Shown piece after piece: positions 49,214 through 59,750 of a stretch of 64,000 nt of DNA (positions are counted from its first letter, which is position 1; every line of letters starts with the position of its first letter). The stretch lies in assembly GCA_963770565.1 (NCBI GenBank), contig CAVYQE010000002.1:576001-640000 (forward strand). Direction: 5' to 3'. Made by a program: the position numbers and the translations under genes. The notes beneath the pieces were generated by a model. That model searched no databases. It was not told the origin of the DNA and saw nothing but the letters and a program-made list of their open reading frames with translations. The DNA is from an uncultured Actinomycetota bacterium (lineage in GTDB: Bacteria > Actinomycetota > Actinomycetes > JAFAQI01).

Positions 49214-50600
49214 TCAGGTGGTGGAGATGAAGACGTTCTTGGTCTCGGTGAACGCGAGCGGCGCGTCCGGGCCGAGCTCGCGGCCGAGGCCCGAGGACTT
49301 GAAGCCGCCGAACGGCGTCCAGTAGCGCACCGAGGAGTGCGAGTTGACCGACAGGTTGCCCGCCTCGATGCCGCGGCTGACCCGGATCGCCCGGCCGACG
49401 TCGCGGGTCCAGATCGAGCCGGACAGGCCGAACTCGCTGTCGTTGGCGATCCGGATCGCGTCGGCCTCGTCGTCGAACGGCACGACCGCGACGACCGGCC
49501 CGAAGATCTCCTCGTGCAGCGACGCGGTCGTGCCGGGTCGGTCGGCGCGAGGACGGTCGGCGGGAACCAGAACCCGGCGCCGTCCGGCGCGCTGCCGCGG
49601 AAGGCGACCTGGGCGTCGTCGGGCACGTACGACGGCGACGCGGTCGCGCTGGGCGGCGCTGATCAGCGGCCCCATCTCGGCCGTCTCGTCGGCCGGGTCG
49701 GTGACGACGACGCCGCGCACCGCGGGCTCGAAGCAGCTGCCATGAACTCGTCGTAGGCGCTGCGCTCGACCAGGATCCGCGAGCGCGCGCAGCAGTCCTG
49801 ACCGGCGTTGTCGAACACCGCGTACGGCGCGGTGGCGGCCGCCTGCTCGAGGTCGGCGTCGGCGAAGACGACGTTCGCGCTCTTGCCGCCGAGCTCCAGC
49901 GTCACCGGCTTGATCCGCGCCGCGCACCCGGCCATGACCTGCCGGCCGACCTCGGTCGAGCCGGTGAAGACGATCTTGGCGACGTCGGGAGGGTCGACGA
50001 AGCGCTGCCCGACGACGCTGCCCTTGCCGGGCAGGACCTGGAACACGTCTCGGCGGCAGGCCGGCCTCCAGCGCCAGCTCGGCGAGCCGGATCGCGGTCA
50101 GCGGCGTGAGCTCGGCCGGCTTGAGCACGACCGTGTTGCCGGCCGCGAGGGCCGGGCGCGAAGCCCCACGACGCGATCGGCATCGGGAAGTTCCACGGCA
50201 CGATCACGCCGACGACGCCGAGCGGCTCGTGGAACGTGACGTCGATGCCGTCGGCGACCGGGATCTGCTGGCCGATCAGCCGCTCCGGCGCGCCGGAGTA
50301 GTAGGCGATCACGTCGCGGACGTTGCCGGCCTCCCACCGCGCGTTGCCGATCGTGTGGCCGGAGTTGGCGACCTCGAGCTGGGCCAGGTGCTCGCGGTCG
50401 GCGTCGACGGCCTCGGCGAAGCGGCGCAGCAGCCGGGCCCGGTCGCCGGGCGACGACCTGCGCGCCACGTCGCGAAGGCCCTGCGGCGAGCGGGCGATCG
50501 CCGCGTCGGTGGCTGCGGCGTCGAGCAGCTCGACCGTGGTGACGACCTGCTCGGTCGCCGGGTTGATGACGTCGTACGTCGTGGTCACTGCAGCAGTCAT
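49214..50600 (-). CDS. aldehyde dehydrogenase (frameshifted)
   Basis: PWNFP, KPAELTP, FTGST, ELGGKS, NAGQDCCA, EEIFGPV, PFGGFKSSG split across frames. Confidence 0.9.
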
Positions 50601-50602
50601 CC

Positions 50603-51977
50603 CTACATGCGCTCGAAGCTGCGGACGCGCTCCCAGTCGGTGACCGCCGCGTCGAAGGCCGCGAGCTCGACTGCGGCGGCGTTGGCGTAGTGGTCGACGA
50701 CCTCGTCGCCGAACGCGCTCGCGGGCGATCGCGCTGGCGCTCCAGCAGCTCGCGCCGCCTCGCGCAGCGTGGTCGGCACGCGCGGCGCGTCGGCGGCGTA
50801 GGCGTTGCCGCCGAACGCCGGCTCGAGCGGCAGCTCGTGCTCGACGCCGTGCAGGCCGGCCGCGATCATCGCCGCGACCGCGAGGTAGGGGTTGACGTCG
50901 CCGCCCGGCACCCGGTTCTCGAACCGCAGGCTCGGCCCGTGGCCGACGACCCGCAGCGCGCAGGTGCGGTTGTCGAGGCCCCACATCGACCGCGGTCGGC
51001 GCGAACGAGCCGGGCTGATAGCGCTTGTAGGAGTTGATGTTCGGCGCGAAGAAGTAGCTCAGCTCGCGCAGCGCCGGCGAGCTGCCCGGCCAGGAAGTGC
51101 TCGAACAGCGGCGAGACGCCGCGCGGTCCGGTCGCCGGCGAAGACCGGCTCGCCGTCGGCGGTCGCGCAGCGACAGGTGGATGTGGCAGGAGTTGCCCTC
51201 GCGCTCGTTGTACTTCGCCATGAAGGTCAGCGCCGAGCCCGTGCTGGGCGGCGATCTCCTTGGCGCCGTTCTTGTAGATCACGTGGTTGTCGCAGGTGGT
51301 CAGCGCGTCGGCGTACTTGAAGGCGATCTCGTGCTGGCCGAGGTTGCACTCGCCCTTGGCCGACTCGACCTGCATGCCCGGCGTCGCGCATGCCGAGCCG
51401 GATCGCGCGCAGCAGCGGCTCGACCCGGCTGGTGCCCAGGATCGAGTAGTCGACGTTGTACTGGTTGGACGGCGTCAGGTCGCGGTAGCGCTTGTCCCAC
51501 GCCTGCCTCGTAGCTGTCGTCGAAGACGATGAACTCGAGCTCGGTGCCGACCATACGCGACCCAGCCGCGCTCGGCCAGCCGGTCGAGCTGGCGCCTGCA
51601 GGATCTGGCGCGGCGACTCGACGACCGGCGTGCCGTCGAGCCAGTGCACGTCGGCGAGCAGCATCGCGGTGCCCGGCTGCCACGGCACGCGGCGCAGCGT
51701 CGCCGAAGTCCGGCGCCATCACGAAGTCGCCGTAGCCGCGCTCCCACGACGAGATCGCGTAGCCGTCGACGGTGTTCATCTCGACGTCGACGGCGAGCAG
51801 GTAGTTGCAGCCCTCGGTGCCGTGCGCGCAGCGACGTCGTTCGAGGAAGTACTCCGCGTCGAAGCGCTTGCCCTGCAGCCGGCCCTGCATGTCGACGATG
51901 GCGAGGACGACGGTGTCGATCGCGCCGGTCGGCAACGTCGGCGCGCAGCTCGTCGACGGTCAGCGGTCCACCGGCAT
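50603..51977 (-). CDS. glnA4: glutamine synthetase-like gamma-glutamyl ligase, GlnA4 type (frameshifted)
   Basis: DMQGRLQGKR, EGCNYLLAVD, SWERGYGD, ESAKGECN.GQHE, EGNSCHIH, ENRVPGGDVNPY; gene order as in SCO1611-1615 and Rv2857c-2860c. Confidence 0.8.
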
Positions 51978-51997
51978 GGCCGTGCTCCCTCCACTAG

Positions 51998-52018
51998 AAG
52001 GTCTGCTGACCGTACCTT
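51998..52018. promoter_or_regulatory. 21-bp operator, copy 1 (upstream of glnA4)
   Basis: AAGGTCTGCTGACCGTACCTT dyad. Confidence 0.65.
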
Positions 52019-52052
52019 CTCGAGGGGTTCGGCGGGAACGGGGGTGATCAGC

Positions 52053-52793
52053 TCAGGAACGCCGCGCAGCAGTGCCGCGGTGCCGTCGACGTGCTCTTCC
52101 ATCTCGGCCCGCGCGCGGTCGGGCTGGCCGGCCAGGATCGCGTCCACGATCGCCGCGTGCTGCACGGTCGGAGTGCGCGATGTTGGCCGGGATGACGGGG
52201 ATCGCGCGCAGCAGCTCGGTCCAGCCGCATCTGGACGTCGGCGACGACGGCGGCGACCGACGCGCTGCCGCCGGCGGCGGCGATCGCCATGTGCAGGCGG
52301 CAGTCGGCGAGCCGGCGGGTCCCGGCGCGGCAGTCGGTCGCCTCGTCGCAGGCAGCGGTGCAGGCGTGGCCCGGTCGGCGGCGGACAGCGTCCGGGTGGC
52401 CGCCAGCGCGGCCGCGCCCGGCTCGACGATCCGGCGCAGGTCGAGGGTGTCGTTGAGCGACGGCGTGACCGGACTCGTCGATCCGCTCGGCCGCGCCGAC
52501 GGGCGCAGCAGCTTGGGCGAGACCACGAAGGTGCCACCGCCGCGTCCGCGCCGCGACTCGACCAGGCCGGCGTCGCGCAGCGCCTTGATCGCCTCGCGCA
52601 GCGTCACCCGGCTGACGCCGAACGTCTCGGCCAGCTCGCGCTCGGGCGGCAGCTGGTCGCCGCCGACCAGCACGCCGAGCCGGATGCCCTGCGCGCAGCC
52701 GCTCGACGGTGACCTCGAAGGCGTTGCGCACCGGCACCGGGGAGAAGACGGAGCGCGCCCACAGCGCCTCGACGTTGCCCGCTCGTCGGTCAT
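52053..52793 (-). CDS. GntR/FadR family regulator (frameshifted)
   Basis: LPPERELAETFGVSRVTLREAI..L...GLVESRRGRGGGTFV; FCD domain. Confidence 0.9.
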   Translation of the reverse strand: MTDERATSRRCGRAPSSPRCRCATPSRSPSSGCAQGIRLGVLVGGDQLPPERELAETFGVSRVTLREAIKALRDAGLVESRRGRGGGTFVVSPKLLRPSARPSGSTSPVTPSLNDTLDLRRIVEPGAAALAATRTLSAADRATPAPLPATRRPTAAPGPAGSPTAACTWRSPPPAAARRSPPSSPTSRCGWTELLRAIPVIPANIAHSDRAARGDRGRDPGRPARPRAGRDGRARRRHRGTAARRS

Positions 52794-53548
52794 CGCGCAC
52801 CTGCTGACGCGCGATCGCCGCCACGCGGCGCAGGCCGCACGAAGCCGGCGAACAGAGTGGCTGCGCCGTCGTAGACCTCGGGGTGCCACTGCACGCCGAC
52901 GGCCCAGGCGGGGCCGGCCACTTCGAACGCCTCGATGGTGCCGTCGTCGGCCCAGCCGGTGGCGGTCAGCCGCGCCGGGAGCTGGTCGACGGCCTGGTGG
53001 TGGTAGGTCGCGACGTCGGTGCGCGACCGAGCAGCTCGGCCGAGCCGGCTGTCCGCGGCCAGCGCGCACGCGTGGTGGCGGCCGTGCGCGCCGAGCGTCG
53101 GGCAGTGGCCGTCGTGGCCGACGACGTCGGGCAGGTGCTGGACGCAGCGTGCCGCCGAGCGCGACGTGAGCACCTGCATGCCGCGGCAGACGCCGAGCAG
53201 CGGCAGGCCCCGCTCGCAGCGCGGCGCGCGGTCAGCGCGATCTCCCAGGCGTCGCGGTCCGGGCGCGGCCGGCCCGGTGCGCTCGTGACGGTGCCGCGCC
53301 GTAGCGGCGTCGGGTCGACGTCGGCGCCTCCGGTCAGCACCAGGCCGTGCGACGCCGTCGAGCACCGCTGCCGCCGCGCCCGCCGGGTCGGCGTCGCGGC
53401 CGGCGGCAGCAGCAGCGGCGACGCCGCCGGCCGGCGTCGATCGCGTCGGCATAGCGTCGCCGGCAGCAGGTCCGCAGGCTCGTCCCACACCCCGAACGCG
53501 GCGCGCTCGCGGTAGGTCGTCAGCCCGATCCGCGGCGCCTGTCGTCAT
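52790..53548 (-). CDS. gamma-glutamyl-gamma-aminobutyrate hydrolase family, peptidase C26 (frameshifted)
   Basis: LTGGADVDP, GVCRGMQ, YHHQAV, GVQWHPE. Confidence 0.88.
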   Translation of the reverse strand: MTTGAADRADDLPRARRVRGVGRACGPAAGDAMPTRSTPAGGVAAAAAAGRDADPAGAAAAVLDGVARPGADRRRRRRPDAATARHRHERTGPAAPGPRRLGDRADRAPRCERGLPLLGVCRGMQVLTSRSAARCVQHLPDVVGHDGHCPTLGAHGRHHACALAADSRLGRAARSRTDVATYHHQAVDQLPARLTATGWADDGTIEAFEVAGPAWAVGVQWHPEVYDGAATLFAGFVRPAPRGGDRASAGAR

Positions 53549-56078
53549 CGGACGGCCGCACGTCGCTGCCTTCGCGTGGGCCGCACGTTCCACGCCGTCG
53601 AAGAGCGGCTCGCTCACGACCGCGCCCGGCACCCACTGTACCGAACAGGTCGATCTCGACCGCGCGTGCCCGGCGCGGCGTCGCGATCGCCAGGTAGGCG
53701 TAGGCGATCGAGCGGCCGACGGTGTAGCCGTAGCCGCCCGACGTCACCCGGCCGACGACCCGGTCCGTCGACGCGCACCGGCTCACTGCCGAGCACGACC
53801 CGTCGCGGATCGTCGAGCACGATGGCGCACAGCTGTGCGGTGCAGCCCTCGCTCTCTTGCGCCTGCGACCAGCGCGTCGCGGCCCTCGAAACCGCCGGGC
53901 TTGTCGAGCTTCACGCAGAACCCCAGCCCGGCCTCGTACGGCGTGGTCTCGGCGGTCAGGTCGGTGCCCCAGACCCGGTAGCCCTTCTCCAGCCGCATGC
54001 TCTCGATCGCGCGGTAGCCGCCGGCGACCAGGCCGAACTCGCTGCCCGCGGCCCACAGCTCGGACCACAGGCGCGGCGCCGTACTCCGACGACGCGTAGA
54101 GCTCCCAGCCGAGTTCGCCGACGAAGGTCACCCGCAGCGCGCGCACGGGGATGTCGGCCACCGTGATCTGCTGCGAGGTCATGAAGCCGGAAGGCCTCGT
54201 TGCTGAGGTCGGCCGACGTCAGGCCGGCCGCAGGATCTCGCGCGCGCTCGGCCCCCAGAGCGCGTAGCAGCAGTACAGGCCCGGTCACGTCGGCGATCCG
54301 CACATCGCGCATCGCGCCGCCGCGCCTGCTTGCGCAGCCAGGCCATGTCGTGCGTGCCGTACGCCGTGCCGGTCACGATCGAGGAAGACGTCGTCGCCGG
54401 TGCGCGTCACGGTGAAGTCCGCCTCGATGCCGCCGCGGCGGTTGAGCGCCTGGGTGTAGGTGACGTCGCCGATCTCCGCGCGCGACGCGGTTGTCGCAGG
54501 CCCAGTCGAGGAAGTCCGCCGCGTCCGGCCCGCTCACCTCGATCTTGGCGAACGACGACTCGTCGAACAAGCCGGCCGTCGTCCGGGTGGCCAGCGTGCT
54601 CGGCACCGGTCGCGGCCGACCAGTACGCGCCCGGCCCAGCCGTCCGGGCGCAGCCGGCGTCGTCGCCGGCGCGCGGCGTTGGCCTCGTAGTAGTCGACGC
54701 GCTCCCAGCCCGACTTCTCGCCGAACTCGCGCGCCGTGCGCGCGATGCCACTCGTACGCCGGGCTGGTCGCGCAGCGGGCGGCCGGCCTGCGCGCTGCAG
54801 CCCGGGATAGGGGATGTCGTAGTAGCGCTGGTAGCTCTCGATCGTGCGGGCCAGTGTGTAGCCCGGCGAGCGCCACTGCCGCCCGAACCGGTTGATGTCC
54901 ATGTGCCAGACGTCGAAGCTCGGGCTCGCCGGCCACGATCCACTCGGCCATCACCTTGCCGATGCCGCCGGCACCGGCGATGCCGTGCGCGCAGAAACCG
55001 GCCGCGACGAAGAACCCGGCGACCGTCGGTCTCGCCGAGGCAGAACTCGTTGTCGGGCGTGAAGGCCTCCGGCCCGTTGATGATCCGTGCGTACCCCGAT
55101 CTCGGCCATCGCCGGCACCCGGCGCTGGGAGTTCGGCGCGATCTCCTCGAACCGCGGCCAGTCCTCGGGCAGCAGCCGTCCGTTGAAGTCCGGCGGGATC
55201 GCGTCGAACGTGCGCTGCGGTCGCGGTGCAAGGCGCCGGGTCGCGCTCGTAGCCGCCCATCACCAGGCCGTCGACCTCCTGCCGGAAGTAGACGAGCAGG
55301 TCGGGATCGCGCAGGGTCGGCAGCGGCTTGTCGCGACGCGGCAGGAACGCCTCGGTGATCAGGTACTGGTGCGACATCGGCACCAGCGGGATCCGCACCC
55401 CGGCCAGCCGGCCGATCTCGGCGGCGAACATCCCCGCCGCAGTTGACGACGATCTCGCAGTCGATGTGGCCGCGGTCGGTGCTGCACGCCGGTGCACCCG
55501 GCCCGCCGGTGACGTCGATGCCGATCACCCGGGTGTGGGTGAAGATCCGGACTCCGTTGGCGCGCGCGCCGGCCGCGAGCGCGTAACACAGCTGCGACGG
55601 GTCGAGGTAGCCGTCCGACTCCAGGTAGGCCGCCCCGACGACGCCCTCGGTGTCGATCAAGCGGGAACCGCTCCGCCGCTTCGGCAACCGAGATCTCGTG
55701 CAGCGGCAGGTCATACGTGCGGGCCCAGCTGATCTGCCGGCGGATCTCCTCCAGCCGCTCCGGGCTGGAGGCCAGCTTGATGCCGCCGCTCTCGGTCCAG
55801 CCGACCGGCTGGTCGCCGGCCTGCAGCCGGCGGTAGAGCTCGACCGAGTACATGTTCATCCGGGTCAGCGTCGGGTCGGCCCGCAGCTGCCCGACGAGGC
55901 CGGCGGAGTGGAACGTCGAGCCGCTCGTCAGCTCGGCGCGATCGAGCACGACGACGTCGCGCTCGCCCAGTTCGGCGAGGTGGTAGGCGACGCTGGCGCC
56001 GCCTACCCCACCGCCGATGACCACGATCCGGGCCGCCTCAGGCAGCTCGCGTGGTGCGGTCACGGCGCGCATCATCAT
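53545..56078 (-). CDS. GcvT-family FAD-dependent N-demethylating dehydrogenase, dimethylglycine dehydrogenase-like (frameshifted)
   Basis: IGGGVGG, SGSTFHSAG, NGPEAFTPD, FGEKSGWER, TFVGELGWE, RLEKGYRVWG. Confidence 0.88.
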
Positions 56079-56100
56079 GGACCCTGCGATTCGCAAGTAA

Positions 56101-56121
56101 AAGGTCTGGGGGCTAGACCTT
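56101..56121. promoter_or_regulatory. 21-bp operator, copy 2 (divergent GcvT/kinase promoter)
   Basis: AAGGTCTGGGGGCTAGACCTT dyad, same length and arms as copy 1. Confidence 0.65.
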
Positions 56122-56242
56122 CCGGCCAGTAGGCCCTAGCATCCCATCCACCTCGGCCACGAGCGCGCGATTCATCCATTCGGCGCGCTGGTTCGAGCCT
56201 GCGCGGGACTGGGGAGGGACGTGACCGCTGCACGCTCGCCTC

Positions 56243-57210
56243 ATGACGCCTCCGAGCCCGTCCGATCGATCCCGCTGCCGACGACCAGTCGCGCCTCGCG
56301 CGCCACGGTCGCCCGGGTCTCCGGGCTGGCCGGCGAGGACGTTCACCGCTGATCTGCTGCCCGGTGGCCTCACCAACCGCAACTATCGGGTCACTGCCGC
56401 CAACGGGCGCCGCCTGGTGGTCCGGCTCTCCTCGCCGCAGTCCGCGTTGCTCGACGATCGATCGCGATGCCGAGCACGCCAACGCGGTGGCCGCGGCGTC
56501 GACCGGCGTCGCGCCGGCAGTGTTGGCCTACGCCCCGGACCTGGGCGCGCTGGCGATCGAATGGATCGAGGGCCACGACCTTCACCGCCGCCGATCTCGA
56601 CGACGACGCGACGCTCGCCAGGGTCGGCCGCGACCTGCCGCCGGCTGCACGCCGGGCCGCGGTTCGCGACCGACTTCGACATGTTCGACGGTGCAGCGGC
56701 GCTATCTCGATCTCGTGACGGCGCGCGGCTTCCGGCTGCCCGCGGACTACCTCGACTTCATGCCGATCGTGGCCAGCCGATGCGCGACGGCCCTCGGCGG
56801 TGCGCGCCGGGAGCCGACCGTGCCCTGCCACAACGATCTGCTCGCGGCCAACATCATGGCCAGCGGCGAGCAGCATGTGGTTCATCGACTACGAGTACTC
56901 CGGCAACGGCGATCCGTGCTTCGAGCTCGGCAACCTGTGCAGCGAGGCCGACCTCGGCACCGACCGGCTCGACCGAACTGGTCGCGGCCTACTACGGCTC
57001 GGCCACGCACCGGCAAGGTGGCGCGGGCCCGATTGCTCGGCTCTGATGTCCGAACTACGGCTGGACGCTGTGGGCTTGCAATCCAGGCGGCGACGAGTGA
57101 TCTCGACTTCGACTTCTGGGCCTGGGGCATGGAGAAGTACGAGCGAGCCGTCGCACGCTTCGCGGCATCCGGACCTGCAAGGCCTCATCACCGATGTCCA
57201 GCAACCGTGA
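56243..57210 (+). CDS. choline/ethanolamine kinase family phosphotransferase (frameshifted)
   Basis: GGLTNRNY, PCHNDLLAANI (Brenner motif), IDYEYSG..D..FELGN. Confidence 0.85.
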
Positions 57211-57230
57211 GCTAGAGGGGAAGAGCGTCC

Positions 57231-58817
57231 GTGACAGATCATCTCGCAGCTCGACGAAGACGAGCAACGACTCGCCGAACTCGGCTACAAGCAGGAGCTG
57301 AACCGCTCGTGGTCCGGCTTCTCGCAACTTCGCGATCTCGTTCTCGATCATCTCGATCCTGGCCGGTTGCTTCACCACGCTTCGGCGTCGGCTGGAACAA
57401 CGGCGGCCCGGCGGCGATCGCCTGGGGCTGGCCGATCATCGGCGGCTTCATCCTGGTCATCGGGTTCTGCATGTCCGAGCTGGTCTCGGCGTTCCCGACC
57501 TCGGGTGGGATCTACTGGTGGGCCTCGAAGCTCGGCGGCGCCAAGGCCGGCTACTACACCGGCTGGCTGAACCTGATCGGGCTGCTCGCGATCGTGGCCT
57601 CGGTCGCCTACGGCTGCGCGACCTTCTTCGACCTGACGTGTCGGCACGTTCAGCACGTCGTGGGCCAGCCACTACTCGCTGAACCGCGTGTTCATCGAGT
57701 TCATCGTGGTGCTGTTCCTCGCCGCGCTGATCAACATCTTCTCCAGCCACCTGCTGGCGATCCTCAACAACATCTCGGTGTGGTGGCACGTGTTCGGCGC
57801 GGCGGCGGTGGTCGCTGATCCTGATCTTCGTGCCCGGGCCACCACGCGAGCCTGTCACAGTGTTCACGCGACACGGTCAACAACACCGGCTTCTTCGGCG
57901 GGCAAGACGAGCGGCGTCGGGCTTCATCTTCTACGTGCTGCCGCTGGCTCGGCGATCCTCACCCAGTACACGATCACCGGGTACGACGCGTCGGCCCACC
58001 TGTCCGAGGAGACCAAGAGCGCCGCCAACTCGCGCGGCCAAGGGAATCTGGCGCTCGATCTTCTATTCGGCGATCGGCGGCTGGATCCTGCTGCTGTCCT
58101 TCCTGTTCGCGGTCCAGAACGAGGACAGGCGTCACCGGCGGCCGGCGGCGCGGTCGCTGAGATCTTCAGCCAGGCGCTCGGCACCAACTGGCGCGGCACC
58201 GTGCTGGTCATCTCGACCGCCGGGCAGTTCTTCTGCACCGTCGCCTGCATGACCAGCACGACCCGGATGCTGTTCGCCTTCAGCCGCGACGGCGCGGTCC
58301 CCGGCGGCAAGTACTGGTCGAACGCTCAACGCCAACCGGGTGCCGGTCTACGCGCGTCCTCGCGTCAGCCGTGATCGCGGTCATCCTGACGCTGCCGGCG
58401 CTGGTCAAGGTCGACATCGGCGGCGCGCCGGTCCCGGTCGCCTTCTTCGCGGTCGTCTCGATCGGCGTCATCGGGCTCTACGTGGCCTTCGCGATCCCGA
58501 TCTACTACCGCTGGAAGGCCGGCGACAGCTTCGAGGGCGGGCGAGTGGACGCTCGGCTCGAAGTACAAGTGGATGTGCATCGTGGCGCTCGATCGAGATC
58601 GTCGATTACCTCGATCATCGCGCTGCTGCCGACCTCCCTCGGCGGCGTCCCGTGGAACGACCGGCTTCGCCTGGAAGTACGTGAACTACACGATCCTCGT
58701 CGTGCCGGGCGCCCTGCTGATCCGCTGTGGATCTGCTGGCACCTGTCGGTGAAGAACTGGTTCACCGGCCCGAAGCACACGATCGATCTCCCGGAGCAGC
58801 CCGCCCCGGTGGACTGA
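57231..58817 (+). CDS. APC-family amino acid/amine permease (frameshifted)
   Basis: LAELGYKQEL.R, SAFPTSGGIYWWA, GYDASAHLSEET, FAFSRDGAVP. Confidence 0.88.
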
Positions 58818-58837
58818 GGGAGTCGCTCCACATAGTT

Positions 58838-58877
58838 CGTGAGGGGTTGCGCACAGCGACGTGCGCAACCCCTCACG
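58838..58877. terminator. perfect 17-bp stem-loop after the permease gene
   Basis: CGTGAGGGGTTGCGCAC-AGCGAC-GTGCGCAACCCCTCACG. Confidence 0.75.
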
Positions 58878-58926
58878 CATGTCCCGTCCCTTGACAGGGT
58901 CATCGGTTAGTGAGAACTTACCGTTC

Positions 58927-59274
58927 GTGGCGGCTTACCGAACGCAGGCACTCGAGGCGCTGGCCGACCCGACCCGCCGGTCGATCTTCGAGCTGCTGGG
59001 CGCGGGTGGCCGCTCGGTCGCGGAGATCACCCGCGACGTCCCGATCAGCCGGCCCGCGGTCTCCCAGCACCTGAAGGTGCTGAAGAACGCCCAGCTGGTG
59101 ACCGTCCGGCCGATCGGCACCCGTCGGATCTACTCGCTCGATCCGGCCGGGCTGGCCACGATCCGCGCCTACTTCGAGCAATTCTGGAGCCAGGCGCTGG
59201 CCGGCTTCGCCGCTGCGATCGATGCCGGGGAACCAGACCCCGGCGACCCGCCACGCACCAAGGAGGAGCCATGA
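58927..59274 (+). CDS. ArsR/SmtB family regulator
   Basis: ALADPTRR.I, ISRPAVSQHLKVL, GTRRIY; upstream dyad GGTTAG-N6-CTTACC. Confidence 0.92.
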   Translation: MAAYRTQALEALADPTRRSIFELLGAGGRSVAEITRDVPISRPAVSQHLKVLKNAQLVTVRPIGTRRIYSLDPAGLATIRAYFEQFWSQALAGFAAAIDAGEPDPGDPPRTKEEP

Positions 59275-59750
59275 CCGCACCGACCGGGAGCGACACGATC
59301 GTCCGGGTCGCCATCGAGGTGGCGACGACGCCGGAACGCGCCTTCGAGGTTTCCACCACGGGCTTCGATCGCTGGTGGAACCGCAACCATCACCTGCTCC
59401 CCGGCGCGCTCGCCGAGGTCGGGTTCGAGCCCTTCGTCGGAGGCCGGGTCTGGGAACGCAACGACGCCGGCGAGCGCTGCGAATGGGGGCGCGTCCTGGC
59501 CTGGGATCCGCCGCACAACGTCGCCTACTCCTGGCTGATCGGCACCGACTGGGCGGTGCCGGCCGCCGACGCACCCGGCAGCCAGGTGACGGTCACCTTC
59601 ACTCCGACCGGGACCGGCACCCGGGTCGAGCTCGTGCACGACCGGCTCGACGTCCACGGCGAAGGTTGGGAGTCGATCCGGGACGCGATCAGTCGCGAGG
59701 GCGGCTGGCCCGGCCTGCTGGCCCGCTTCGCCGGCGTCGCCCAGGCCTAA
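59271..59750 (+). CDS. SRPBCC/AHSA1 domain protein
   Basis: WGRVLAWDPP, V.VTF...GTRVELVH, GW..LL; coupled to the ArsR gene. Confidence 0.9.
   Translation: MTAPTGSDTIVRVAIEVATTPERAFEVSTTGFDRWWNRNHHLLPGALAEVGFEPFVGGRVWERNDAGERCEWGRVLAWDPPHNVAYSWLIGTDWAVPAADAPGSQVTVTFTPTGTGTRVELVHDRLDVHGEGWESIRDAISREGGWPGLLARFAGVAQA

Noticed and set aside
48598-58730. Programmed frameshifting or a decayed pseudogene island
   Set aside because: No slippery sites, insertions dominate, motifs are intact and boundaries are sharp, which fits a consensus error better
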